A stretch of 62,991 nt of DNA, counting the filler, from Octopus bimaculoides (lineage: Eukaryota): assembly GCF_001194135.2 (NCBI RefSeq). It is 5 parts of 4 records of this genome, joined end to end, with 100 filler letters (N's around TTAATTAATTAA, not from the genome) between each part and the next. Parts side by side here need not be neighbours in the genome. Positions count along the whole stretch, not along the records: positions 1 to 23,544 come from NC_068982.1; positions 23,645 to 45,077 come from NC_068986.1; 3 more parts are not named here. One strand, given 5' to 3'. The position numbers and the translations under genes are program-made. Below, one piece after another: positions 13,806-27,250 of the stretch. Within the stretch, counting starts at the first letter, position 1. Each line of letters starts with the position of its first letter. The notes under the pieces are model-generated. The model worked only from the letters and a program-made list of their open reading frames with translations, searched no databases and was not told the DNA's origin.

Positions 13806-15363
13806 TAAATACATGCATCATTATGTGTGTGTGTATATGTATATATATATATACTCACACACACATACACAGACGCGAATGCGCACACGCGCATGAGCAC
13901 AGACACACACACACACATGCCTACATATCTTATTTACACGCGTGCCTATGTGCTTGTACAGTATTTCTATTTTCTGTATGTATATAACAATATATGTAAT
14001 AAAAAGTATTTCATGATAGATTTGACACGTAGACAATAACACGCTCCAGAACTGTTTTGAGGTCATAAATAACTAGAACTATACATAAATAAATAACCAA
14101 ATAAATATATACGGTAATAAATAATAAAAAATAGTGATAAAAGAAATATGGAACTGAGTGAGTAAGAAAAAAAGCGATTTGAAAAAAATTAAAGAAAAAA
14201 ACCACATCTATTTGGTTGTGAATAGAGTTCCTGCCCATTGTAGAATTTGTGTTTGGATGTTTGAGTTGGTGTGTAGAGTGTAATGACGTAAGCTACGTGA
14301 CTGGGCAACGCAAAGAGGAAGCATTTACCGGCGGCTGATTTAATCGTGACTCTGAAGGGATTTCTTTTTTAAATAAGGAATAACAACAGACACCTGCGTG
14401 TGTGTATGTGCATGTCTCTGTAGGTGTGTAGTGGTGTGCGTGCGTGTTTACCTAAGAATAAAAACTTAGAAAGCAAGACTTGGTACGTAAACGTAGACGC
14501 ATTGGCTTCAGTAGTACCATTCCTGTTTTGCAAAACCTGAAGCCCTGGATCTAATTTCAATGAAGTGTTTGTGAGTCCTAGTTCTTTTCTCTGTAATTTT
14601 GTCAACATTCTGATTGCCACGAAGGGAAAACAATGTCCAATGTTTGGGCGGTATTCTATTTGGCTGGGTATCTTTTGGGTGTGACATTTTGTTGACCTTG
14701 ATAAAGTCAATGTGCATTTGGGACGATAATATAAAAGGAAAGAAATCTAATGAGTCTATTGAGAAGTCTTTCACTGTAGATCAAGCTGATATTTCTGATA
14801 GTTAAGAGTCATGTAATGATCTCTGTATCTCAATCAATACATATCATCGCAATCAATGCATGTTATCATTAAATGAACCAACAAAGGGAACCTTTAAGTG
14901 AGTCCTTCATCTGTTAGGCACTAGAGCTAAATCTCCTTCCGTCTTAAAAATAGAACACATTGCATTGAGCATAGTATAGAATGTCACGTGATATTTGTTC
15001 TGACTCGTTGCGCTTTGAGTTCAAATGCCGCTGAGGTTAACTTTGTCGTTTATTGTTTCAGGATCAATTTTAAAAAATGTAGCAGTTCAGAGTTGTGGAT
15101 TGGCAGGACTCTATGAGGCCATGTGGTGTTTGGTCCAGTTCTTCGCTTTTTGAACTTATTATCTGTTAATATCACGATTTATAATTTTCCCTAAACCAGA
15201 GAAGACTTGATGTTTTTCATATTCATTGAACATTCTTACTAACTGGTGTTTCACATTTACTACGGCCTCTAAAATCATGTTTTCTGGTTATCTTTCAAGA
15301 AACATAACATTACATTATACAATAACAAATGTAAACAAACTTTTTTTGCTTTTGAAAGCGCTG

Positions 15364-15572
15364 AATGTGTATCGTATAATACAGACAAGAAAGTAACATC
15401 TCGAACGTAGTATAGCCGTGAAAACAACACAGGTACGGTTTCGAGTCCATTGGCTATCTGCTGACAATTTTTTCCGTCATGTAAGAGCAAAATACTCAAA
15501 CTTTCTGCTGTTTTCACAATTAAACTACGTTCGAAATATTACTTTCTTGTCTGTATAATACGATATTACATT
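15364..15572. mobile_element. MITE-like foldback with ~60-bp imperfect inverted arms
   Basis: gtatcgtataatacagacaagaaagtaacatctcgaacgtagt (15369-15411) versus the reverse complement of 15524-15566 (atatcgtattatacagacaagaaagtaatatttcgaacgtagt). The match extends inward through gtgaaaaca. No clear TSD. Confidence 0.6.
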
Positions 15573-16018
15573 ATGTTGTTCTTTTGAATAAAAGAGTGGA
15601 ATTGAAGAGATCATGCACATAGTGTCATCTATATTTATTGAGAAATTTCCAATCACCAACTGGGTAAATACTTTATTTCGTACCTCTATACCTGCAACCA
15701 TGCAATGAAAAAATAAGTTTTTACTCCACATTAAATAACCACCTTCCTTGATATTTGTTAATTTTACGTATAAGAATGTTGAATTCATAAAGCTATCGCG
15801 TGATTTTGCATATGAATATATTGATATCTTGCGAGCTGTGCGAATGACAATTGAATGCATGAATGTGTGGTACATTTTCTAACGTTTTTGGTTTTGGAAT
15901 TAGATCAAATTTCGTTCACGGATCATTTTCCGATGTGTTTACGATCATTCTTTTTTTATTTTTATATAATGTCACGTTGCTTCTCCATTTCAACTGCGAC
16001 AGAAAAAAGTGTCACCGT

Positions 16019-16049
<31 letters not shown>

Positions 16050-16593
16050 NNNNNNNNNNNNNNNNNNNNNNNNNNNNNNNNNNNNNNNNNNNNNNNNNNN
16101 NNNNNNNNNNNNNNNNNNNNNNNNNNNNNNNNNNNNNNNNNNNNNNNNNNNNNNNNNNNNNNNNNNNNNNNNNNNNNNNNNNNNNNNNNNNNNNNNNNNN
16201 NNNNNNNNNNNNNNNNNNNNNNNNNNNNNNNNNNNNNNNNNNNNNNNNNNNNNNNNNNNNNNNNNNNNNNNNNNNNNNNNNNNNNNNNNNNNNNNNNNNN
16301 NNNNNNNNNNNNNNNNNNNNNNNNNNNNNNNNNNNNNNNNNNNNNNNNNNNNNNNNNNNNNNNNNNNNNNNNNNNNNNNNNNNNNNNNNNNNNNNNNNNN
16401 NNNNNNNNNNNNNNNNNNAGCAGGAGAAGGAGGAGGAGGAAGGACGAGGAGGAGGAGGAGAAGAAGAAGAAGAAGAAGAAGAAGAAGGAGGACGAAGAGG
16501 AGGACGAAGAAGAGGACGGAGAGGAGGGGCAGGAGGAACATGAGCAGGAGAAGGAGGAGGAGGAAGGACGAGGAGGAGGAGAAGAAGAAGAAG

Positions 16594-16625
<32 letters not shown>

Positions 16626-18472
16626 GCTGTGAATACCTGGGGATAAACGAAGGAGACGGTATACAACATGCTACTATGAAGGAAAAATACGAAAGGAGTA
16701 TTACAGAAGAATACGACTCATACTAAAAACTGAACTCAACTCCAAAAATCGGATCGAAGCCATTACCACCCTGGCACTTCCAGTAGTCCAATACAGTTTT
16801 AACATCATTAACTGGCATCCTGCAGAACTCCAACGCCTGGACAGGAAGACAAGAAAACTACTAACATCTATGCGCATGCACCGCCTAAAAGCAGATGTTG
16901 ATCGTCTGTACCTACGTAGGAAGAGGAATGATGCAGTTAGAACTGTACTATAAAACCTCCACAATAGCAATGAATAAGTAATTCTCTAGTACAGAGGACT
17001 GAATGCTGCGGCTTGTATGCAAGCACAAAAACAGCCAAAAATTACATTCTACAGGGTGTCCACAAAGTTTGGGTACATGGAGTAAATAAAATAATGACAT
17101 AAACAATTAAATATAAGAAATAATGATTTCTTAGAGTATGTGTTAATCCCCATGTACCCAGACTTTGTGGATACCCTGTATTGTCAAGAAAATTGCAAAT
17201 TCACAAGGGAACTCGGTATTAACCATAAATTAAATGAAGAACCTAAAACCACTGCCACGAAAAAAGCAAAACGGATCAAACAGACTAAAAAAAAGAACGG
17301 GCAGAAGCCTCTGCATGGATAATATATACTTCGAAGCCGAAACGCTGATGTAGACCAAGCAACAACCCATCAGTGGCTGAGATACTCAGGACTGAAAGCA
17401 GACACTGAAGGTTTCATATTAGCGGCACAAGACCAAAGCTTGCTTACCAAAAACTACCAGGNNNNNNNNNNNNNNNNNNNNNNNNNNNNNNNNNNNNNNN
17501 NNNNNNNNNNNNNNNNNNNNNNNNNNNNNNNNNNNNNNNNNNNNNNNNNNNNNNNNNNNNNNNNNNNNNNNNNNNNNNNNNNNNNNNNNNNNNNNNNNNN
17601 NNNNNNNNNNNNNNNNNNNNNNNNNNNNNNNNNNNNNNNNNNNNNNNNNNNNNNNNNNNNNNNNNNNNNNNNNNNNNNNNNNNNNNNNNNNNNNNNNNNN
17701 NNNNNNNNNNNNNNNNNNNNNNNNNNNNNNNNNNNNNNNNNNNNNNNNNNNNNNNNNNNNNNNNNNNNNNNNNNNNNNNNNNNNNNNNNNNNNNNNNNNN
17801 NNNNNNNNNNNNNNNNNNNNNNNNNNNNNNNNNNNNNNNNNNNNNNNNNNNNNNNNNNNNNNNNTAAGACAGTATTTACATTGGGAAATATATAAACAAT
17901 ACAAAATCAACACTCCTGCTTATTGGTATGATCATAATCCTGAGCCAGTCGTTGAAGGTAAAAGTGCCACTATCCTCTGAGTTTTTCCAGTCAGCCTGAC
18001 AGCATGCTTATCGATGCTTATCCATGCTTATCGACCAGGCATAGTCATTAAAGACAGAGGAGAAAATACATGTAGACTAATAGATATAAGTGTTCCAATG
18101 GGAAAAATATATCTGTAAAGCAATTTGACAAATTAAGTAAATATAAGAACCTAGAAATTGAAATACAGAAGATGTGACCTCCTAAAGCGAGAACTGTTCC
18201 TATTATTGTGGGTGCCCTTGGTATGGTAAGAAAGGAATATAAGAAACATCTAGATAATATCCCAAGAGAACCATGTCTGAGAGAAATCAAAAAGATTGTG
18301 CTGACAAGTACTGCCCACATCATTAGAAAAACCTTATCAATTTAAATGTATGTTTTGTATTATATGAACAAATTTCGCCACTTACCCTGCCACTTACCCT
18401 CAAGCATTCAGCCATACTGTAACATCTCTTATCCTTCAATCGTCCTAGGTCGCTGGATGTGTCTCGGTAACA
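16626..18472 (+). mobile_element. R4/Dong-type RLE non-LTR retrotransposon, 5'-truncated and frameshifted (copy E1)
   Basis: YLG-(I)NEGDGIQHATMKEKIRKEYYRRIRLILKTELNSKNRIEAITTLALPVVQYSFNIINW...DRKTRKLL; GLKADTEGFILAAQDQSLLTKNYQ; IDISVP...KLSKYKNLEIEIQKM...VPIIVGALG...IVLTSTAHIIRKTLSI* (stop ~18343). An N gap covers 17462-17865. Confidence 0.9.
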
Positions 18473-18572
18473 NNNNNNNNNNNNNNNNNNNNNNNNNNNN
18501 NNNNNNNNNNNNNNNNNNNNNNNNNNNNNNNNNNNNNNNNNNNNNNNNNNNNNNNNNNNNNNNNNNNNNNNN

Positions 18573-19631
18573 TATTATTATTATTATTATTATTAATATT
18601 ATTATTATTATTATTCCTTCGTGACACAATGTAGGCAAAAATGCACCAGTCTTTAGTCATCTGTCAAGGACCTCAGACAGATAATACTTTCCTTAAGATG
18701 TGCGCTGTGCCCGATTAGGCTGCTTTTTGCAAGACATCAATCTTGCATGGGATTTCCAGTTGCCTTACAAAGTCTTGAAGTTTCAATGGGATTCAGCCCA
18801 ACGCTCCGATCACCACTGGTATCACTTTTACATTACTCTCTCGCATTCCATACAGTCTTGCCATTTCCACTTTCAATTCGGAGTACTTGGTGATTTTTTC
18901 CAACCTCTTTACTCACAACATTCATGTCATTTGGTATGGCTACATCAATGATCTGACAGTATTTGTCTCTCTTATTCAATATGACAATATCCAGCCGACA
19001 GTGTTCGATTACATGATCTGTCTGAAAATTATAGTCCCAGAGTATCGTTACTGTTCCATCTTTCTGCATAACTTTATTTGATAAATGCTCATACCAGTTC
19101 TCTGTTACTTCACATTGGTATTTATGGCATACAAGCCAATGAAGATACACACACACTTTATCGTGGCGGCGTTTGTATTCTTTTTGTGCAAGACTCTCAC
19201 ATCCACTTATCAAGTGGGTCACATTTTCCACACTCTTTCCACAAAGTCTGCATTTCTCGGTGTCAGAAGTTTTATAGATGCTATACTGCACTGAATTAGT
19301 AGCGAGAGCCTGGTCTTGTGCAGCAATGATCAGGCTATCGATGGTACGCTTCAAATCACCACGCTCAAGCCATGCCTGCGATGCTATATTATCCCTAGCG
19401 TCTTGTGTATTCCTTTCAAACTGTTCATGCATTCTCATTTCAAGGTCTTCTTTCTCTTCTCCTCAGCTCTTTGGTTAAACTCTTCCTTGTCCATCATTTC
19501 ATCTGCATCTACACCCATATCTTTCGCGGCATATTGCAGCAGGTCTTCATCACTATTTATCAAATACTCAGCAAGTGTTCTCCTTTCACTCCTTATACAA
19601 TGGTCTATACTAATTAGTCTTCTGCCACCAT
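18573..19631 (-). mobile_element. R4/Dong-type LINE 3' fragment with CCHC knuckle and RLE domain, (AAT)n tail (copy E2)
   Basis: Track ORF 18833-19438 has GDLKRTIDSLIIAAQDQAL, CRLCGKSVENVTHLISGC, KRRHD, ILWDYNFQTD, RLDIV and IIDVAIP. It ends ILRKVLSV*, followed by a short 3' UTR and (AAT)n. Confidence 0.92.
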
Positions 19632-19755
19632 GCAGAATATTTGCTGTAGCCCATCTTTTATACCAAGACAAAACAATGTACATGATAACACTTCCAATCA
19701 ATTAAGATCAGAAGCCATGCCTGGTACTGAATCCGGGCATGGTATTGTATCCGGG

Positions 19756-21207
<1,452 letters not shown>

Positions 21208-21435
21208 TTTATTATTATTATTATTATTGTTCAGTAGTTTTATTTTTTATAACGTGCTTTCACTTCACAACCGAGCGCAGGTCTGTGCGCCTTGGGTATG
21301 TGCTGTGGTTTGCTGTGATGCTCTTATGGTTACTGTATTGAAAGTGTTTTGCGTAGGATGTGTGCAGTACCCAGTAGTGCAATTTTCTGTATGTTATATA
21401 TATTTGTAAGTCTTGGTGTTTTTGTTATGTATTTG
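21208..21435 (-). mobile_element. R4/Dong-type LINE extreme 3' end (copy E4)
   Basis: KYITKTPRLTNIYNIQKIALLGTAHILRKTLSIQ*, then a 3' UTR with a gcgcacag..ctgcgc stem and an (AAT)n tail. Confidence 0.9.
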
Positions 21436-21521
<86 letters not shown>

Positions 21522-21661
21522 TAGTCTTTCNNNNNNNNNNNNNNNNNNNNNNNNNNNNNNNNNNNNNNNNNNNNNNNNNNNNNNNNNNNNGTGTGCAGTA
21601 CCCAGTAGTGCAATTTTCTGTATGTTATATATATTTGTAAGTCTTGGTGTTTTTGTTATGT

Positions 21662-21664
<3 letters not shown>

Positions 21665-21752
<88 letters not shown>

Positions 21753-22400
21753 TAGTCTTTCTTTTATCACGTACTTTCAGTCCACTACCGATCGTAGCTC
21801 TGTGCGCCTTGAGTATGCACTATGGTTTGTTGTGGTGTTCTTATTTTCACTGTATTGAAAGTGCTTCACGTAAGAATGTGTGCGGTGCTTAGCAGTGCTA
21901 CTTTCTGTATGTTATATACACTTGTAAGTCCTGGTGTCTTGGTGTCTTTTTTTTATCATACATAATGCACCTACTATTATAAGAATTGTTTCTGTTTTTA
22001 GGATTCACATTCGAGTTACCTCTATTTCCAGATCTTAGTAGTTTGAAAGTTCCTCCGTTTCTTTTAGAGAAACGTTGTCATCTGTTGGTATTGATAGATC
22101 AATTAGAAAGCATTTTTTCTTGATGGTCTCTGACAACTATATTCGGTTTTTTAACCTTGATTTCTCTATCTGTGTGTATTGGCATATCCCAGAGTAGGGT
22201 TGCTTTCTCATTTTCTGTGACTTTTTCTGGTGTGTGCCTATACCATCTTTTTTCTGTTGTCATTTCATAGTGTTGCCATAGCTCTAGTGTATATAGGTCC
22301 CATTTCTTCTTAGTCAGGACTGGGCAGTCAGAGACAATATGATTTATTGTTTCTTCTCCAGCACCACATATTTTGCAGTTACTTGTATTTCTTTTCATTA
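21665..22400 (-). mobile_element. R4/Dong-type LINE 3' fragment related to E4 but diverged (copy E5)
   Basis: CKICGAGEETINHIVSDCPVL...WYRHTPEKVTENEKATLLWDMPIHTDREIK..KPNIVV; ends NIQKVALLSTAHILT, then 3' UTR and long (AAT)n. Confidence 0.9.
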
Positions 22401-22417
22401 TGTATCATTATCATTAT

Positions 22418-22963
22418 TGAGTGAGAGAGTAGCGCATGCCATCAAAGTGACGTTGTAGTAAAATATACGAAGCCCAGTATACCCATCATGACTACTCGCC
22501 TGATAAGTGTATGCATCACAACCATATTTGCGCGACATGGTGATTTCATATTAAGATAAACAGCGCATGACCTTACAGGTGGAACCCAATTAGAATTTTC
22601 TACAGGTCCAGTAGCCCATCCCACTCAAAAGGTCCCTGAATAAGGGTTGTTTAAGGATGTTGAATGTAACGCTCAGGTTTCCAAAAGTGAATTATCCAAA
22701 CCCCAAAGAATTCCTCTCAAGATGTGGCTATAACGCTCTCCCACTGCCTCTGCTCGTGATCAGAGATTCACATATTGTCAGCCACCAAGGGACATGCTCA
22801 ATTGGTTAAGGCCAAACAACTGACAAGCAAATCTGTGGTATTGAGCAGAATATTTGCTGTAGCCCATCTTTTATACAAAGAAAAACTAATGTACATGATA
22901 ACACTTCCAATCAGTTAAGATGAGAAGCCATGAGAGCCACTGTCTGGTACTGAATCAGGGCAT
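22418..22963. mobile_element. ~546-bp non-coding interspersed element flanked by (ATT)n-type arrays; orientation unresolved
   Basis: Partial copies of its termini recur at 23064-23185 (left end), 19632-19758 and 32709-32778 (right end). I found no transposase or RT similarity and no tRNA head. Confidence 0.75.
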
Positions 22964-22967
22964 TTAT

Positions 22968-23021
<54 letters not shown>

Positions 23022-23185
23022 AACTACTACTACTACTACTTACTACTACTACTATTATTATTATTGAATGAAAGAGCAATGCATGTCATCAAAGTGACAC
23101 TGGGGTGAAATATACGAAGCTCAGTATACCCATCATTACTATCTATCTGATAGAAATAAACCAGGAACATGCATCATAACCATAT

Positions 23186-23284
23186 TGCCTTTCATCCTTT
23201 TGGGGTCGATTAGTTAAGTGCCAGTTACGCACTGGGTCGATGTAATCGACTTAATCCCCGCCTCCAAGCTGCCTTTGTTGAAAA

Positions 23285-23286
<2 letters not shown>
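23186..23286 (+). mobile_element. SINE family C, 3' half
   Basis: tgcctttcatccttttggggtcgat...gcactgggtcgatgtaatcgactt, followed by (ATT)n. Confidence 0.8.
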
Positions 23287-23349
<63 letters not shown>

Positions 23350-23544
23350 CATTATTATTATTATTATTATTATTCAGTAGTTTTATTTTTATAACGTGCT
23401 TTCACTTCACTACCGAGCGCAGCTCTGTGTGCCTTGGGTATGTGCTGTGGTTTGCTGTGATGCTCTTATGGTTACTGTATTGAAAGTGTTTTGCGTAAGA
23501 TGTGTGCAGTACCCAGTAGTGCAATTTTCTGTATGTTATATATA
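23286..23544 (-). mobile_element. R4/Dong-type LINE 3' end, same subfamily as E4 (copy E6), runs into a gap
   Basis: About 5 differences from 21230-21400 over ~170 bp by hand alignment; (AAT)n tail at 23286-23374. Confidence 0.9.
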
Positions 23545-23644
23545 NNNNNNNNNNNNNNNNNNNNNNNNNNNNNNNNNNNNNNNNNNNNTTAATTAATTAA
23601 NNNNNNNNNNNNNNNNNNNNNNNNNNNNNNNNNNNNNNNNNNNN
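23545..23644. other. Synthetic 100-bp scaffold spacer N44-TTAATTAATTAA-N44 (also at 45122, 47412 and 50329)
   Basis: The same 12-mer, which has stops in all six frames, is embedded in N runs four times. Confidence 0.95.
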
Positions 23645-23724
23645 ATATATATATGTATGTATATATATATACATATATATATATGTATATATATATATAT
23701 GTATGTATGTATGTATGTGTGTGA

Positions 23725-23945
23725 ATATATGTTTGTGTGTCTATGTTTGTACCCCCAACATCGCTTGACAACCGATGGTGGTGTGTTTATGTCCCCGTAA
23801 CTTAGCGTTTCGGCAAAAAGAGCCGATAGAATAAGTACTAGGCTTCCAAAGAATAAATCCTGGGGTCGATCTGCTCGACTAAAAGCAGTGCTCTAGCATG
23901 GCCGCAGTCAAATGACTGAAACAAATAAAAGAGTAAAAGAGTAAC
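23725..23945 (+). mobile_element. SINE family B, 3' half
   Basis: catcgcttgacaaccgatggtggtgtgttt...ctagcatggccgcagtcaaatgactgaaacaaataaaagagtaaaagag. Confidence 0.9.
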
Positions 23946-24065
23946 TACAACATATTCTCCTTGTATATATCAATGGGATACATATTTTCATGCATGTATC
24001 AATGATATTTACGTTTGCATGTATATACAAAACTGTTATATGTGATATTATGCGACTGTGTATAA

Positions 24066-24262
24066 GGCGGTGATCTGGCAGAAACGTTTGTACGTCGGGC
24101 AAAATGCTTAGCGGCATTTCGTCCCTCCTTATGTTCTGAGTTCGAATTCCGCCAAAGTCGACTTTGCACTCTCCTGCCTTTCGACGTTGAGCACTGGGAT
24201 CGATGTAATCGACTATACCCCTCTCCCACAATTTCAGACATTGTGCTTATAGTGGAAAGGAT
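24066..24262 (+). mobile_element. SINE family C (tRNA-like head ggcg..ctggcagaa, B-box gagttcgaattcc)
   Basis: Collinear with 33003-33243 and 36994-37215. Confidence 0.85.
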
Positions 24263-24320
24263 GCGATGTGACTGTATATATCTATGATCTTTGTATTTTA
24301 ATGTATGCAAGTACATATAA

Positions 24321-24390
24321 CAGTGGTTCCCAACAATGGTTTCCAACCCTTTTATTTAAAAGAGGTTTCCCACGGATCCCTTTTAAAATG
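24321..24390 (+). mobile_element. hAT/Charlie-type MITE terminus fragment
   Basis: Starts CAGTGGTTCCCAAC, a typical Charlie-like TIR. The rest is short and followed by microsatellite and a gap. Confidence 0.35.
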
Positions 24391-24771
24391 CCTATTCTTA
24401 TGTGTGTGTGTGTGTGTTTGTGTGTGTGTGTGGATATANNNNNNNNNNNNNNNNNNNNNNNNNNNNNNNNNNNNNNNNNNNNNNNNNNNNNNNNNNNNNN
24501 NNNNNNNNNNNNNNNNNNNNNNNNNNNNNNNNNNNNNNNNNNNNNNNNNNNNNNNNNNNNNNNNNNNNNNNNNNNNNNNNNNNNNNNNNNNNNNNNNNNN
24601 NNNNNNNNNNNNNNNNNNNNNNNNNNNNNNNNNNNNNNNNNNNNNNNNNNNNNNNNNNNNNNNNNNNNNNNNNNNNNNNNNNNNNNNNNNNNNNNNNNNN
24701 NNNNNNNNNNNNNNNNNNNNNNNNNNNNNNNNNNNNNNNNNNNNNNNNNNNNNNNNNNNNNNNNNATATAT

Positions 24772-24806
<35 letters not shown>

Positions 24807-25227
24807 AAATAATAAATGAGTACATGCATATATACGAACATGTATGTACATACTTACATCTACCTGTATATATAGATGCATATCTGGGTACAGGACGTTG
24901 TAAACAAAGCGTAGACAAAATGATAAACGAGTACAGAAAACACACAGGCCACATAGAGAACATCTCCTTCATCAGCTGCCCCCATTCTAACACAGGCGTT
25001 TCGAAGAGTAGGGCAGGACGCATCGTTAAAACGGCTCTTCCCATGGACCACAGTAAAGGAATGTTCTGAGGATGGTGTCGAAAGCCTCATTGTTTAGGGG
25101 GTTGTGTGTGGATATGTATGGTAAGAAAACAACAAATAATACAACGTGGTTGTAGGTCATAACACCAGGGTGCATTGCTTGTGTGTGTGTATAAAGAACA
25201 ATGAATGTTATTTAACATTATGTATCA

Positions 25228-25433
25228 GTTTCATTGGCACAAGGCCAGGAATTTTGTGTGAGTGAAATCGATTATATCGACTCCAGTACTCAACTGGAAT
25301 TTATTTCCATCGACCACGAAAGGATGAAAAGTAAAGTCAACCTTAGCGAAATTTGAACTCAGAATGTAAAGTCGGACGAAATGCCACAAAGCATTTTGCC
25401 TGTCGTGCTAGTGATTCTGCCAGTTTACCCGCT
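25228..25433 (-). mobile_element. SINE family C
   Basis: The reverse complement reads gggtaaactggcagaatcactagcacg...ttctgagttcaaatttcgctaaggttgactttacttttcatcctt...agtactggagtcgatataatcga. Confidence 0.85.
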
Positions 25434-26479
25434 TAAATATTTAACATTGTATATGGGTAAATCATTATGGTTATCCGATACGTACTAGAATACCGTATAC
25501 CATTTGTGTGAGTATACACACACACACACACACACACACATCATATATATATATATATATATATATGCACGTACCTATGGTATGTACATCTTTATGTACA
25601 TAGCTATATGCGTATTTTATATATCTACTAGTACTATACTTTTCGTCAAAAGAACAATGAACGTTATTATTTATATTAATGCATTGGTAAACTGTCATGA
25701 TTAGTCAGTACATACGAGAACACCGCATGACATTTCCAAAGTGCTGATACATTGACAGCAAACAATTGCCGCTAACGCCACCAGTAAATTCTGAACAATT
25801 CAAGGATAGCATAGGTAGATGCATATATTAACAATATGTACATATATGATTCAGTTGATATAACATTAAATCAGTTTTGTAACAAATTGTAAGAGTGCAT
25901 TAATGTCGCCAGCACCACCTTATAAGTTCTGAATAGTTTAGGACTGAACAAATGATAACTGCACGGTACGCATACAAGACAAGTGATTTATACACATGTA
26001 AAGTTACATTACATTTATAATAGGTATTATTTGTAAATTTGGTAATAAGCAGTAAATAGAGTAATGTATACGAAACATTTGTGAAAGACTTCTAGAGATT
26101 CGTTGAAACTGCCTGCAGCTAATTAAACCAACGACTGCTCAAGCCAGAAAGCAATTTCTAAAAGTGCTCGTGTCTCTGTTTCTTTGTTTCTTTTCCTGTG
26201 GAGTTCACGCAATATTTCCTGCCTTAGTAAACTGTTTTACCTTCAGTGTAGTAAAACTATCCGAAGAAAGAAATACAACTCGACATTTTTAAACAGAAAA
26301 ATTATAAACTGACAATGCGTGCGTGTGTGACGTGACTTGAGCTATCATTACTTTAAACTGCGCCTCGTTACAGGACAGACGTTCCACATGTTTTGTTCTT
26401 TTTGTTTTCTTTTTTTTCTTTTTTGTCTGTGCGAATTTAGAAAGAAACAAGTGTACAGCAAAACCCATTAATAACCGTG

Positions 26480-27000
26480 TACCAGTAGTGAAACGATCTA
26501 CAGAGTCAGCAAGGGAATTTTATAGAGATTAAAAGCGCTATCTGAAAAACGTAGGCAAACTCTGAAAAACAATTGTGGTGTTAACAGAGGAAAGATCAAT
26601 CAGACGTTTTGCTTGAAAACTAGCAAAAGAAGAACTTCAGATTGTAAGATACACCGGAGAAGATGCTCAGGATTTATGAAAAGAAATAATTTGGAGGTGA
26701 GACAAAAGGCTAACAGAACACAGCGTCTTCTACAAGAACTAGAGAAAAAGTTATTGGTATTTCATAAGTCTATAATCCAATACCGGAAGAAAAATGCATA
26801 TAAACTCTCATGCATTGCAAACATGGATAAAACATCGAGGATGATGGAAGGGAGTAAGACATACAGATAGAGGCTCCAACACTAACAACATTGGGTGAAT
26901 GAATTAAAGAAATCTGAAATGAAATCAAACCAGGAATTGTGATGAAATCTTTCAAGAAATGTGGGGTTTTGAATGCTATCCGTGTGAACCAAAAACCTCA
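26480..27000 (+). mobile_element. pogo/Tigger-like transposase relic, internally deleted
   Basis: FMKRNNLEVRQK..QRLLQELEKKLLVFHKSIIQYRKKNAYKLSCIANMDKT resembles the CENP-B HTH end and the NMDET first-aspartate motif; the C-terminal KSFKKCGV follows at ~26945-26970. Confidence 0.7.
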
Positions 27001-27071
27001 CCAGAAGGCAGGCGCAGTGGAATCACGTCAGTGACCAAGTCGCGGCTGGTGCGCTGGAAATTTTGAAATGA

Positions 27072-27072
<1 letters not shown>

Positions 27073-27130
<58 letters not shown>

Positions 27131-27250
27131 TAATAATAATGCTTTCAAATTTTTCTACAAGGGCATCAGTTTTTGGAGGGAGGGGATGAGTCGATTACAT
27201 CAACAGGTACTTATTTTATCGACCCCCCCTCCCTGCCCGAAAGGATGAAC
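27073..27250 (-). mobile_element. SINE family C, 3' half with (ATT)n tail
   Basis: gagtcgattacatc...acttattttatcgaccccc...cgaaaggatgaa, adjoining (AAT)n on the + strand. Confidence 0.8.

Noticed and set aside
14632-14694. Signal-peptide-like MSNVWAVFYLAGYLLGVTFC
   Set aside because: Stops after 20 codons with no convincing splice donor.
15525-15875. Minus-strand 116-aa ORF with LVIGNFSINID, resembling the APE endonuclease GDFN motif
   Set aside because: A single degenerate motif with no other APE motifs in order.
21360-21762. Apparent extra Dong 3'-end copy (21591-21762 repeats 21360-21530)
   Set aside because: Near-identical on both sides of a 60-N gap, differing only in the microsatellite; counted as an assembly overlap, not a separate insertion.
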